From NCBI GenBank assembly GCA_963737655.1, contig CAVTTN010000002.1:5696001-5760000 (forward strand): a DNA stretch of 64,000 nt, read 5' to 3'. Shown here piece by piece: positions 19,695 to 29,501 of this stretch. Position numbers and translations under genes: made by a program. Under the pieces are notes generated by a model that was given only the letters and a program-made list of their open reading frames with translations, did not search any database and was not told where the DNA came from. The stretch comes from an uncultured Planctomycetota bacterium (lineage in GTDB: Bacteria > Planctomycetota > Planctomycetia > Isosphaerales > Isosphaeraceae). Within the stretch, counting starts at the first letter, position 1, and every line of letters starts with the position of its first letter.

Positions 19695-21416
19695 GTGAGC
19701 ATTCACGTGGATTCCTCGCCCCGGGCCCCGGTCTCTCGGGGCTATCGCTGGGCCTCGGCCGGCGACGTCAACGCCTTCTTCGGTTTGATGCTGGACAACG
19801 TGGGCGACATGATCCTGATGGCCGGATTGCTCGTCGGCCTCTATGGGTTCCCCCGCGAGTTCGTCCTCACGAAGATGATCCCGGGGACGGCCGTCGGCGT
19901 GATGGTCGGCGACCTGATCTATACGTTCATGGCCTTCCGCCTGGCCAGGCGGACCGGCCGGGACGTCACCGCCATGCCGTTGGGGCTGGACACGCCGAGC
20001 ACGTTTGGCGCCGTCTTCCTGATCCTCGGCCCGGCGTTCGGCCACGCGACCGCCGCCCAGGCCGACGGCGGGCTCGGCCTCGCCCCGGAGGCGGCGGCCC
20101 GTCATGCGTGGTTCCTCGGGATCGCCATGATCTTTGCCTCGGGCGTGTTCAAGCTCCTCTGCGCGTTCGTCAGCGGGTGGGTCCGCCGCGCGGTGCCGAC
20201 GGCCGGCTTGCTCGGGTCCCTGGTGTCGATCGCCCTGGTGATCATCAGCTTCCTGCCTCTTCTCGACGTGGCGAGCCTCCCCGTGGCGGGCTTCGCGGCC
20301 CTGGCGGTGATCCTGGCGACGCTGACCGCCGGCTGGGAGATGCCGAAGAAGATCCCCGGGGCCCTGGCCGCCGTGGCGGTCGGCTGCGCGGCTTTGGGTC
20401 TCATGAATGGCGTCCACTGGCTCCTGAATCACTTCGCCGGGGCCCACCTGCCGATCGTCTGGTCCGAGTTCGCCCGGCCGAAGCTGGCCCTTCGGGCGTC
20501 GTTGCCGGTGCCGGTCCGGGAGTGGTGGGAGTGGTTCCGCGTTCATGGGTCGGAGGCCGTGAGCTACCTGCCCGTGGCCATCCCCCTGGCCCTGGCGACG
20601 GTCGTCGGCGGGATCGACTGCGCCGAGAGCGCCGCCAGGGCCGGGGACGACTACCCCACCGGCCCGATCATCGCCGCCGAGGGCTTCGCCACGATCGTCG
20701 GAGGGGTCTTTGGCGGGGTGATCCAGTCCACGCCTTACATCGGCCATCCCGCCTACAAACAGATGGGTGCGCGTGCCGGATACACGTTGGCCACGGCGTT
20801 GTTCATCGGCGGGGCGGGGGTGTTCGGCTATTTCGAGTGGATCTTCTTCCTGATGCCCAAGGCGGTGGTCTTCCCGATCCTGATCTTCGTCGGCCTGGAA
20901 ATCACGGCGCAATCGTTCCGGGCGACGCCCCGGAAGCACTTCCCGGCGCTGGCCCTGGCGTGCGTCCCGGCCCTGGCGTACCTGGCCCGGGTGAACCTCG
21001 ATCAACTGCTGGTGCCGACCCCGGCGGGTTTCGCGTCGCTGAGGCCGGGGCCGGCGCACTGGGTGGAGACCGTCACGATCCTGGCCGGCGGGTTCATCGT
21101 GACGAGCCTGTTGTGGGGGACGGCCCTGGCGAAGCTGATCGACGGCAAGATGAAAGCGGCGGCCGGGACGTTCCTGCTCGGCTCGGCGTTCGCCCTGTTC
21201 GGGATCATCCACTCGCCGCTGCCCTCCGGGCCGATCCAGTGGCCCTGGGTCGTCATGAGGGAGGTCAGGAAGGAGAACCGAGCGGAGGCCGCGGCCTCGC
21301 AGACCCCCTACCACTGGGCCGCCGCGTATGCCCTGGTCGCCGGCGCCCTGCTCTTGATCGGAAAGACCGGCACGCCCCCCGCGCCCTCGCACGCGGAGGA
21401 ACCCCACGCGGTGTGA
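19695..21416 (+). CDS. NCS2/AzgA-like permease
   Basis: GDVNAFFGLMLDN, DVTAMPLGLDTPS, TPYIGHPAYKQMGARAGY; many TM helices. Confidence 0.8.
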   Translation: MSIHVDSSPRAPVSRGYRWASAGDVNAFFGLMLDNVGDMILMAGLLVGLYGFPREFVLTKMIPGTAVGVMVGDLIYTFMAFRLARRTGRDVTAMPLGLDTPSTFGAVFLILGPAFGHATAAQADGGLGLAPEAAARHAWFLGIAMIFASGVFKLLCAFVSGWVRRAVPTAGLLGSLVSIALVIISFLPLLDVASLPVAGFAALAVILATLTAGWEMPKKIPGALAAVAVGCAALGLMNGVHWLLNHFAGAHLPIVWSEFARPKLALRASLPVPVREWWEWFRVHGSEAVSYLPVAIPLALATVVGGIDCAESAARAGDDYPTGPIIAAEGFATIVGGVFGGVIQSTPYIGHPAYKQMGARAGYTLATALFIGGAGVFGYFEWIFFLMPKAVVFPILIFVGLEITAQSFRATPRKHFPALALACVPALAYLARVNLDQLLVPTPAGFASLRPGPAHWVETVTILAGGFIVTSLLWGTALAKLIDGKMKAAAGTFLLGSAFALFGIIHSPLPSGPIQWPWVVMREVRKENRAEAAASQTPYHWAAAYALVAGALLLIGKTGTPPAPSHAEEPHAV

Positions 21417-21533
21417 GGGCGGCTCCGCCCGCCCGCGAGACGGCGTTGTGGGGCCGAGGGCGGTGGGGTTAGCATGAGGGGCGAGGGGGTCGGGACGGTT
21501 GGCCCCGCTTCCCCTCGCCGGAGCCCGTCGCCG

Positions 21534-22607
21534 ATGCCGCCTCTCTCGCGAATTCGCCTCCTCTTGCTCGTCGCCGGAGGGCTGATCGCCTCCGGGTGCT
21601 CCCCCTCGGGCCCGGCCTCGCCTCCGTCGGCGGCCCCCCCCGGCCCGGGGCCGTCGTCGTCGGCGCCTCCGCCGACGGCCGGGCCCGTCGCCGAGGCGCA
21701 GAAGGCCATCCAGGCGGGCCACCCGGATCAGGCCGTGACGCTTTTGGAAGCGGTCTTGAAGGACCATCCCGAGGATCGCGCGGCCCTGGCCCTCCTCGGC
21801 CTGGCCACCCAGCGCCAGGCGGCGAAGCTCGTCCAGGCCGGGGACGCCCCGGGGGCCTCGGCGGCCTTCGCCCGGTCGGCCGAGGTCATGAAGACCCTCC
21901 GGGAACGCCACGCCCCGCTGAACCCCGCCGAATCTCAGATCCTCGCCCAGTCCCTGTACAACCTCGCCTGCACCCTGGCCCTGGCCGGCAAGCCCGACCT
22001 CGCCATGACCGAGCTCCGCGCGGCCCTTGATGCCGGGTTCCGGGAAATCCCGATTCTCGATGGCGATAAGGACCTCGACTCGCTCCGCGATCGACCCGAT
22101 TTCCTCGCCTTGAGGAAGTCGCTGGACGTCCAGGGGATCGCCCGCCTCCTCGCCGCCAACCGGCCGTTCCCGTTCTCGTTCGACCTGATCGACGTCGAGG
22201 GCAAGCCGCTCTCCCTGGCGGACCTGAAGGGCAAGGTGGTGGTCGTCGATTTCTGGGGGACGTGGTGCCCGCCCTGCCGCCGCGAAATCCCCCACCTCGT
22301 CGCGATCGCCAACAAGTACCGAGACCGCGGGCTCGAAATCGTCGGGATCGCCGACGAGAAGGTGCCCGAGGCGCAGAGGACCGCAAAGGTCGTCGCCTTC
22401 GCGAAGGAGGAAAAGATCCCCTACCGCCTCGTCCTCGGCAACGACAAGACCCGCGAGCAGGTCCCCGAATGGCAAGGCTGGCCGACCACCCTGTTCCTCG
22501 ACCGCAAGGGGGAAGTCCGCGCCCGGATCTCCGGCTTCGGCGACGGAGACGAGGTTTTGATCGAGGAACTGGTCAAGACCTTGCTGGACGAGGGCACAAA
22601 ATCGTGA
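21534..22607 (+). CDS. Lipoprotein TlpA/redoxin with TPR region
   Basis: Lipobox IASGC, LYNLAC TPR-like segment, DFWGTWCPPCRREIP. Confidence 0.85.
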   Translation: MPPLSRIRLLLLVAGGLIASGCSPSGPASPPSAAPPGPGPSSSAPPPTAGPVAEAQKAIQAGHPDQAVTLLEAVLKDHPEDRAALALLGLATQRQAAKLVQAGDAPGASAAFARSAEVMKTLRERHAPLNPAESQILAQSLYNLACTLALAGKPDLAMTELRAALDAGFREIPILDGDKDLDSLRDRPDFLALRKSLDVQGIARLLAANRPFPFSFDLIDVEGKPLSLADLKGKVVVVDFWGTWCPPCRREIPHLVAIANKYRDRGLEIVGIADEKVPEAQRTAKVVAFAKEEKIPYRLVLGNDKTREQVPEWQGWPTTLFLDRKGEVRARISGFGDGDEVLIEELVKTLLDEGTKS

Positions 22608-22717
22608 GCACCGCCTCGGCCGAGCCCGACGCCCGGACGATCGCCGACCTGCTCGCCGACCTCGGCGACGTCCCGGCGAGCCGGGTCCGCCTCCGTCCCT
22701 GGCCCGGGACCGCCACC
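22604..22717 (+). pseudogene. 5' stub of a Uma2-family endonuclease
   Basis: GTG overlapping the upstream stop; TIADLLADLGDVPASRVRLRPWPGTAT resembles planctomycete Uma2 N-termini; no nuclease core follows. Confidence 0.6.
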
Positions 22718-22771
22718 GGGCAGGGCCAGGAGGTCTTCGGGGGTGAGGGCGGGCGTGGCCTCGGCGTTCAT
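22718..22771 (-). pseudogene. 5' stub of a second, convergent Uma2-family endonuclease
   Basis: GGAGG then ATG; MNAEATPALTPEDLLALP, ending before the expected (Y)ELVDG motif. Confidence 0.5.
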
Positions 22772-22848
22772 GACTCGGCCTCCGCGGTCCGGGCGTCTCG
22801 ATGAGTCGGTGACTTCGGGTTCGATTCTATCCGAATCCTGCCGACCGA

Positions 22849-23739
22849 TCACGACCGGGGGGCCCTCTTGCCGGGGACCGACGCGCCCCAGCCGAGCTTG
22901 TCGCGGAGGGTCCGGTAGAACGTGTGGCCGGGCAGGCGGATCATCGGGAACGGCCGAGGGCCTCGGCGGATCGTCACCCGGTCGTCGCGCTCCATCGGGA
23001 TCTGCACCTGGCCGTCGATCACCAGATAGGTCGAATCGTCGGGATTCGGCGAGTCGAGCTCCAGGGCCTTGTGGGTGCTCTCCACCAGGGGCCTCTGCGT
23101 CAGGGTGTGCGGGCAGATCGGCGTGACGACGAACATGTGAGCATCGGGGGGGAGGATCGGCCCGCCGGCCGAGAGGCTGTGCGCCGTCGATCCCACGGGG
23201 GTGGCGACGATCAGGCCGTCTCCGCGATAGGTCATCACGCATTCGCCGTCGATCGACAGGCCGATCTCCAGCAGGTGGAACGACGGGGCGGCCCTCAGGA
23301 CGACGTCATTCAGGGCGCGGAAGTGCCGGGCCCGGCCGTTCCGGCCGATCAGGGTGGCGTCGATCGTCATGAGGTTATCGACGGTGAACCGGCGGGCGGC
23401 CAGGTCGGCGAGCCTCTCGATCAGGCCGTCGGTGTCGAGGTCGGCGAGGAAGCCGAGCCAGCCGAGGTTCACGCCGAGGACCGGGATCGGCCGGTCCCCC
23501 ATCCTCCGGGCGGTGTGGAGGACCGTGCCGTCTCCGCCGAGGACAAACGCGATGTCGGCGGCGAGGCCGGAGAGGTCGCTCTCGGCGCCGAGGTCGATGT
23601 CCGTGACGCGGAGGCCCGGATGCTCGTTCATGGCCATGGCGATCCGGTCGGCGGCGGCCGGGACGTTCGTCTTGGTCCCGTTGCCGAGGATGGCGACGGC
23701 CAGCGAGTGGGGCGAGGAGGCATCGGACGGCGTGGTCAT
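22849..23739 (-). CDS. nadK: NAD(+) kinase
   Basis: LGGDGTVL, GVNLGWLGFL, ALNDVV, DGLIVATPVGSTAHSLSAGGP. Confidence 0.95.
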   Translation of the reverse strand: MTTPSDASSPHSLAVAILGNGTKTNVPAAADRIAMAMNEHPGLRVTDIDLGAESDLSGLAADIAFVLGGDGTVLHTARRMGDRPIPVLGVNLGWLGFLADLDTDGLIERLADLAARRFTVDNLMTIDATLIGRNGRARHFRALNDVVLRAAPSFHLLEIGLSIDGECVMTYRGDGLIVATPVGSTAHSLSAGGPILPPDAHMFVVTPICPHTLTQRPLVESTHKALELDSPNPDDSTYLVIDGQVQIPMERDDRVTIRRGPRPFPMIRLPGHTFYRTLRDKLGWGASVPGKRAPRS

Positions 23740-23986
23740 GGGGCGTCCTGACCGTCGGGCGCGAGGAGTCGGCTCGTCGGCGAGCCTACGAGGGCCGCGC
23801 CCCCTCCGTCAACGGCGTGCCCCTGGGGTCGGAGGGAATCCCCCGTCCGCCTCGCCTTGTCGAACCGGGGGATCTCGGGTAAGTTCCGGCGAGGTTTCCC
23901 CTCGATGGATCGAGGGGCCCGGCCGCCTTGAAGAAGGATTCGGGCGGCGGGGCGAGAGGCCGGGCGGCGAGGGTCAGGAGGACGCG

Positions 23987-25815
23987 ATGCCCGAGGCATC
24001 GACCGCGACATCATCATCCGTCGAGACGCGTCCGAGGCTCGGGGGCCGCGGGCCCGAGGTCGTCCTGGCGCTCCTGGCGGCCCTCGTCTTCGTCTCCAGC
24101 CTCGGCTCGGCCGACCTCTGGGGCAAGCGCGAGCAGAGGGCCTCGGCCGAGGCTTTGGACACCGTCGAGAACAACAACTGGCTGATCGCCTACATCCAGT
24201 GCCGCAAGAGGCTGGAGAAGCCCCCCCTGCCCCGATGGACCATCGCCTCGTTGATGGCCGTCTCCGGCCGGAGCGACGAGTGGGTCGTCCGTCTGCCCAG
24301 CGCCCTGTCGGCCCTGGGGATGGTGGGGCTGGTGTACGGGCTGGGCCGCCGCCTGGGAGGCCGGCCCGCCGGGCTGGCCTCGGGCCTGGCCATGACGTCG
24401 TTGATCTACTTCATCGTCGAGACCCGCCAGGCCGGCAACGACGGCCCCCTGGCGTTCTTCACGACCCTGGCGATCTATGCCGGGTTCCGCCGCCTCCACG
24501 GGGGACCCGCCGACTCGCCCTATGAGCCCCCGGCCGATCGTCCGGGGTCGAAGGGCTGGGCCGTGGCGATGTTCGGGGCGTTGGGCCTGGGCTTCCTGAG
24601 CAAGGGGCCGGTGGTCCTGATCCTCTGGGCCGTGGCCGTGATCCCGTACCTGATCACGGCCGGGAGGCTGAAGGCCGGATCTCGGGCCCTGTTCAGCGGC
24701 TGGGGATTGCTCGCGTTCGTCCTCCTGGCGATGAGCTGGCCGGTGGCCGTCTTGCTGAATGATCCCAAGGCCCTGGAGATCTGGAAGCTGGAGATGGGCC
24801 AGAAGGCCGGGACGGCCGGGATCAAGCACCATCGCGAGCGATTGCTCGCCCTGGAATGGCCGATGATGACCGCCCCCTGGACCTTGCTCGCCACCTGGGC
24901 GGCCGTCATGCCGTTTTTGGGCCGGGCGAAGGGGATGAGGGCGCGTCTGTGGCTGCCGTGGTCGTGGGCCGTGGGCAACCTCGCCATGTTCTGCCTGTGG
25001 AGCGTGGCGAAGCCGAATTATTTCCTGCCGTGCCTGCCGGGCGTGGCCCTGCTGATCGGCCTGGACTGGGTCCGCCTGACCCGCGCCGCCCGCCAGGCGA
25101 AGGGCGGGGCGGCGAGCCGGGCGTTCTTGAGGGTCCACTGGATCGGCCTGGCCGTGGTGGCCGTGGCCGGTCCGGTCGTGGCGTCGAAGAAGCTCGGGCC
25201 GAGGCCCTGGCGCCGGCCCTGCTCGCCTCGGCGGCCCTGCTCTCGGGCGTGATCCTGAGCTATCGGGCCTGGAGACGGGGCGGAGACGCCGGGGCCCTGG
25301 CGCCGATCGTCGCCGGGGTCGCCGCGGCCATCGCCGTGGGCTACGGATTCATCCTCCCGGCCTTCAACTCCACCCACAGCCACCGCGTCCTGGCCCAGAG
25401 GATCGACCGCACCCTCCCGGCCGACGCCAAAACCGTCATGTTCTTCCGCGAGCTGGACGAAGGGCTCTGGTTCTATCTCCGAGACCGCACTTTGGCCCCC
25501 GTCCCCGGCAGCCAGCCGGCGTATAACAAGGACATCGACCTTGTGGACGCCTTCAAGAACAACACCCTGATCTGGGACGCCCCGACCCGGATCGCCCGCG
25601 AGCGGCAGATCCTGGTAGACTGGATGAAGGCGGCCGACCACGCCTCCCCCTACGTCCTCGTCCGGGCGAAGGTGTACGACCTGTTCCAGCCCGGCCTGGA
25701 CGAGTGGGCCGAGCCGGTCTTCCGCGAGCAGGGGCTGGGGAGGAACGAGGTCATCCTCCTCCGGGTCCGCGAATCGGGGAAGGTCGCCGCGAAGGCCGCG
25801 CCGGAGACTCGCTGA
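23987..25815 (+). CDS. ArnT-family glycosyltransferase; frameshift near 25200
   Basis: RLEKPPLPRW, VRLPSA, LSKGPV, AKPNYFLPCLP; many TM segments. Confidence 0.85.
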
Positions 25816-25816
25816 G

Positions 25817-26233
25817 ATGCCCACCGTCATCCTCGAAGGCCCGACCTACGAGCAGTCCGAGGACCCGGACCCGGACTTCCTCCGCCGGATCGTCGTCGAA
25901 CTGCCCGACGACTACTGGGGCCGGGGCTACGGCGGGGCGATCCTCACCTTCACCGGCAAGGTCGCCGAGAACCAGATGATCGTCCAGCCGAATGAGGAAT
26001 TCGGCATCTATCTGAAGGTCTTCGGCGAGGGATTCGACTGGCTCTCGCTGGCCGATCGCTCACGGCTGGGCGAGATCACCACCTGCTGCCACGACTGGGA
26101 AGCCTCCGTCGGCCTGTTCCTGCCTCCGGAGGCCGCCTGGACGGCCATCGAGGCATTCTGCCGGACCGGCGAGCGCTCCCCGGCCGTGGAATGGGTGAAG
26201 TCCACCGACATGCCGGCGGAAAGCAACTGGTAG
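25817..26233 (+). CDS. Orphan Imm1-like immunity protein
   Basis: Acidic 138-aa protein with C-terminus FLPPEAAWTAIEAFCRTGERSPAVEW. Confidence 0.6.
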   Translation: MPTVILEGPTYEQSEDPDPDFLRRIVVELPDDYWGRGYGGAILTFTGKVAENQMIVQPNEEFGIYLKVFGEGFDWLSLADRSRLGEITTCCHDWEASVGLFLPPEAAWTAIEAFCRTGERSPAVEWVKSTDMPAESNW

Positions 26234-26264
26234 GGCGCGGCTCCGCCGAACCGATCCCGCCCGG

Positions 26265-26372
26265 ATTCACCACGAAGCCACGAAGGGCACGGAGGCAGAC
26301 ACGAAGAGGAGGGCTATCCCCTGCCTTCTTCTTGGTGTCCGCCTCCGTGCCCTTCGTGGCTTCGTGGCGAAT
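26265..26372. repeat. Family B long palindrome, copy 2
   Basis: Nearly identical to 16861-16965; overlaps the M28 peptidase 3' end. Confidence 0.88.
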
Positions 26373-27978
26373 CGCCCGAGGCCGGCAGCCGCGCCTGGTC
26401 GCCCTCCTCCCGGCCCGGTCCGGCCAGGGGCACCAGCGCGAGCATCATCAGGGCCGTCGGCAGGCTCGCGGCGATCGGCAGGCTCGGGCCCAGGGCGTCG
26501 CAGAGCGAGAGGATGGTCGTCGGCATCAGGAGGAGGACGGGCAACGTGCCGACCATCGCCGCGACCCGTCCCGCCGGGCGGTCCGGCCCCGCGAGCCCGC
26601 CGATCCCCATCGCCCCGAACCCGAACAGCGACGGCCAGACGCCCAGGTAACTCCCCCCGGGCAGGAGGAGGGCCGTCGCCACCGCCAGGAGGAGCCACCA
26701 GAGCAGGCCTCCGAACGCCAGGTTCGCGGGACGGACCCACCGCCTCGCCAGGATCAGGAACATCCCGGCCACGACCCCCGCCGCGACCGCCAGCCCCAGG
26801 GCCCGGGGCGGCCCTTCGCCGCGAGACTTCAACGGCGGCAGCAGGTAGGTCGACGAGGCCCAGCCGATCGCCATCGCCAGGCCCATCGCCGAAAGCCCCG
26901 CCACGGCCCCCGAAATCAGCCCCGGGGCCGTCAAGCCGGACCTCTTCAATCCCAGCCAGCCCACCGCGCCGGCCAGGACCACCGCCGCGACCGCCAGGGG
27001 GACCACCCACGAACCCGGATACACGACGAGATGGCCCCCCGCCACCGCGAAATAGACCGCGTCGGGCTCCCTCGGCACGTCCTCCAGGTCGAGCGACCCG
27101 AACCGCCGGGTCAACTCCAGGGCGTAATCGCCGTGGTGCTGGAGGCTCCCGCGATCGAGGTTCCCGGGCGAGTCGCTCGGCTGGTGGTAATTCTCGACGC
27201 CCCCGACGAACGCGAAATTCAGGCCCGGCAGGCCCACGGCCTTGAAGTGGGTCAGGTCCGTGTTGTTGGGCATCATCTTGTAGACGGCGTAGGTCAGGCT
27301 CGTGGCGATCGGCCGGTCGGCCGCCGAGGCGAACTGGCGGATCAGCCAGCCGTTCCGGTCGCTGGTCTCGAACATGAACGACGGCCCGCGATCCCCCCGG
27401 GCCTCGAAGTTCAGGACCACCCCCACGCGGTCGGTCCACGCCCGATCCTCGCAAAAGGCGCGGGAGCCGCCGAGGTCCACCTCCTCGCGATCGGTGATCA
27501 GGGCGATCACGTCGCGATCGATCGGGCCGCCGGCCTTCAGGGCGCGGAGGGCCTCCAAAATCGCCGCGACCCCGGCCGCGTCATCCCCCGCGCCCGGGCC
27601 CTCCTTGACCGAATCGTAATGAGCCGCGAGCAGGACCGCTTTCTTCCCCGGGGGGCCGGTCCCGCGGAGGACGCCCAGGATGTTCTTGACCCCCCGATCG
27701 GCACGTTCCTGGACCGTCGGCGCCATCCCCAGCCGATCGAGCTCGTCCAGGAGATATCTTCGGACCTTCGCCGCCGCCTCCGACCCCGACGGATGGGCCT
27801 CCGAGGCGATCTGGCGGACCGTCTCCATCGCCCGATCGGCCGAGGCGCGATCGGCCGGGGCGTCCGGGCCCCGAGGAGCCGGCGGCCTCTGCTCGACGAC
27901 CGCCACGCCTCCGACGAGCAGGGCCCAGCCGAAGGAGATCGCGAGCCACATCCGGGAAGACCGTCGCGAAGCGACCAT
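26314..27978 (-). CDS. M28 family metallopeptidase with C-terminal membrane domain
   Basis: AAHYDSV, GAGDDAAGVA, DREE, NFEARG, NNTDLT, YHQPSD. Confidence 0.9.
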   Translation of the reverse strand: MVASRRSSRMWLAISFGWALLVGGVAVVEQRPPAPRGPDAPADRASADRAMETVRQIASEAHPSGSEAAAKVRRYLLDELDRLGMAPTVQERADRGVKNILGVLRGTGPPGKKAVLLAAHYDSVKEGPGAGDDAAGVAAILEALRALKAGGPIDRDVIALITDREEVDLGGSRAFCEDRAWTDRVGVVLNFEARGDRGPSFMFETSDRNGWLIRQFASAADRPIATSLTYAVYKMMPNNTDLTHFKAVGLPGLNFAFVGGVENYHQPSDSPGNLDRGSLQHHGDYALELTRRFGSLDLEDVPREPDAVYFAVAGGHLVVYPGSWVVPLAVAAVVLAGAVGWLGLKRSGLTAPGLISGAVAGLSAMGLAMAIGWASSTYLLPPLKSRGEGPPRALGLAVAAGVVAGMFLILARRWVRPANLAFGGLLWWLLLAVATALLLPGGSYLGVWPSLFGFGAMGIGGLAGPDRPAGRVAAMVGTLPVLLLMPTTILSLCDALGPSLPIAASLPTALMMLALVPLAGPGREEGDQARLPASGDSPRSHEGHGGGHQEEGRG

Positions 27979-28223
27979 CCGACGAGTCCCTCCGAATCCC
28001 CCACGACCTTGAGGCGTGGGCGCGGAACGCCATGATCCAGGAACGGCCGGAGGACCGCAAGCGCCCGGACCTCGTCGTCGGGTCCGAAAATGGCGAGGGC
28101 CCGGGCCCGGAGGCTAGGCGGGGGCCTCGGGCCTCTGTTATCCTTCTTGCCCCGAAGTCGTGGCGATTTCGGGCCCGCCAACCCGCGCTTCCCCGTCCCG
28201 CTTGCTCGGAAAGGCGGCCCGCC

Positions 28224-29156
28224 GTGACGCCGACCTCGCTGAACAAGGCGACGAGCAGCCTCCTGGCCACCGCCTGCGCGGCCGGTCCCGACCTCGGCGC
28301 CTCGGCCGTCCTGCTCCTGCCCGAGGGCCCGATGGACTGGGAGGCCGTCAAGGAAGCCGCCGGGGAGGTCCGCCTGCTCGTCGCCACGCCCTCGGACAAG
28401 GCCCGGGCCGCCGCCGTCTCCGCCGGGTTGATCGGCCTGGAGGTCGAGCCCACCGACGCCTCGATCGCCGAGAGGATCACCCTGGCGTTGATCCAGGCCG
28501 TCGCCGACGACCATCTGAAGGCGGGGGCGCGGGTCGTCGTGGTCTACTCCGGCTTCGAGGCCGAGACGCTCGACTCGATCACCGTCGTCCGCCTGGGCGA
28601 GCACCTCGAACGCCTGACCTCGCGAGACCTCCGCGCCCTGGAGACCAGCGTCCCGTTCGAGACGCTCAAGGCCGTCGTCGACATCGCCGTGGAGATCGGC
28701 CGGGAGGGCCGCGAGGGCAAGGCCGTCGGCACCATGATCGTCGTCGGAGACGCCCGGGACGTCCTCGCCCGGTCCCGAACCCTGGGCTTCGACCCGTTCA
28801 AGGGATACCCCCGGAAAGTCCGCAACTTGCGCGATTTGCGCGTCCGCGAGGCGATCAAGGAGATCGCGCAGCTCGACGGCGCGTTCGTCGTCTCGCGAGA
28901 CGGGACGGTCGAGGCGGCCTGCCAGATCCTCGACGCCCCGACCACCGGCCTGACCCTGCCCAAGGGCCTGGGCACCCGCCACTGGACGGCCGCCGCGATC
29001 ACCAACATCACCTCGGCCCTGGCCGTCGTCGTCAGCCAGTCCACCGGCGCCGTCCGCCTCTTCCAAAGCGGCGAGATCGTCCTGAGGATCGCCCCGATGA
29101 GGCACGCCCGGGCGATGAAATGGATCGAAGAAGAAGTCGAGCACGCGCCGATGTAA
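28224..29156 (+). CDS. DisA_N (DAC) domain protein, DacZ-like diadenylate cyclase
   Basis: GREGKAVGT, EIAQLDGAFVV, GLGTRHW, VVVSQSTG. Confidence 0.85.
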   Translation: MTPTSLNKATSSLLATACAAGPDLGASAVLLLPEGPMDWEAVKEAAGEVRLLVATPSDKARAAAVSAGLIGLEVEPTDASIAERITLALIQAVADDHLKAGARVVVVYSGFEAETLDSITVVRLGEHLERLTSRDLRALETSVPFETLKAVVDIAVEIGREGREGKAVGTMIVVGDARDVLARSRTLGFDPFKGYPRKVRNLRDLRVREAIKEIAQLDGAFVVSRDGTVEAACQILDAPTTGLTLPKGLGTRHWTAAAITNITSALAVVVSQSTGAVRLFQSGEIVLRIAPMRHARAMKWIEEEVEHAPM

Positions 29157-29192
29157 ACGTGGGCGAAGGCCGCCGAGACTCTTCCGGAGAAA

Positions 29193-29315
29193 ACCCGGGA
29201 GATTCACCACCAAGCCACCAGGAGCACGAAGGAAGACACAAAGGCGACGGGAATCCACCGGCTTCTTCGTGTCTTCCTTCGTGCTCCTGGTGGCTTGGTG
29301 GTGAATCTCCCGGGT
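29193..29315. repeat. Family B long palindrome, divergent copy 3
   Basis: About 47-bp inverted arms; substitutions relative to copy 1 appear in both arms. Confidence 0.85.
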
Positions 29316-29329
29316 CGGACTCCGAGGAT

Positions 29330-29466
29330 CTCTGTAGAAAACCCCGTTGAGAATGAGGAAACGAGTAGGTCCGACTTCAGTCGGGCCTACAAAACAAGAC
29401 CTTTTTGTAGGCCCGACTGAAGTCGGACCTACTCGTTTCCTCTCCATCCCCGGGTTTTCTACAGAG
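29330..29466. mobile_element. MITE-like element: 15-bp terminal inverted repeats around a GTAG-type REP doublet
   Basis: CTCTGTAGAAAACCC/GGGTTTTCTACAGAG ends; inner 40-bp perfect inverted repeat (29355-29394, 29403-29442) whose arms each contain GTAGGTCCGACTTCAGTCGGGCCTAC. Confidence 0.6.
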
Positions 29467-29501
29467 GAACTCCGAGGGGTTTTCGGCGAAACCGCTCGCG
29501 A

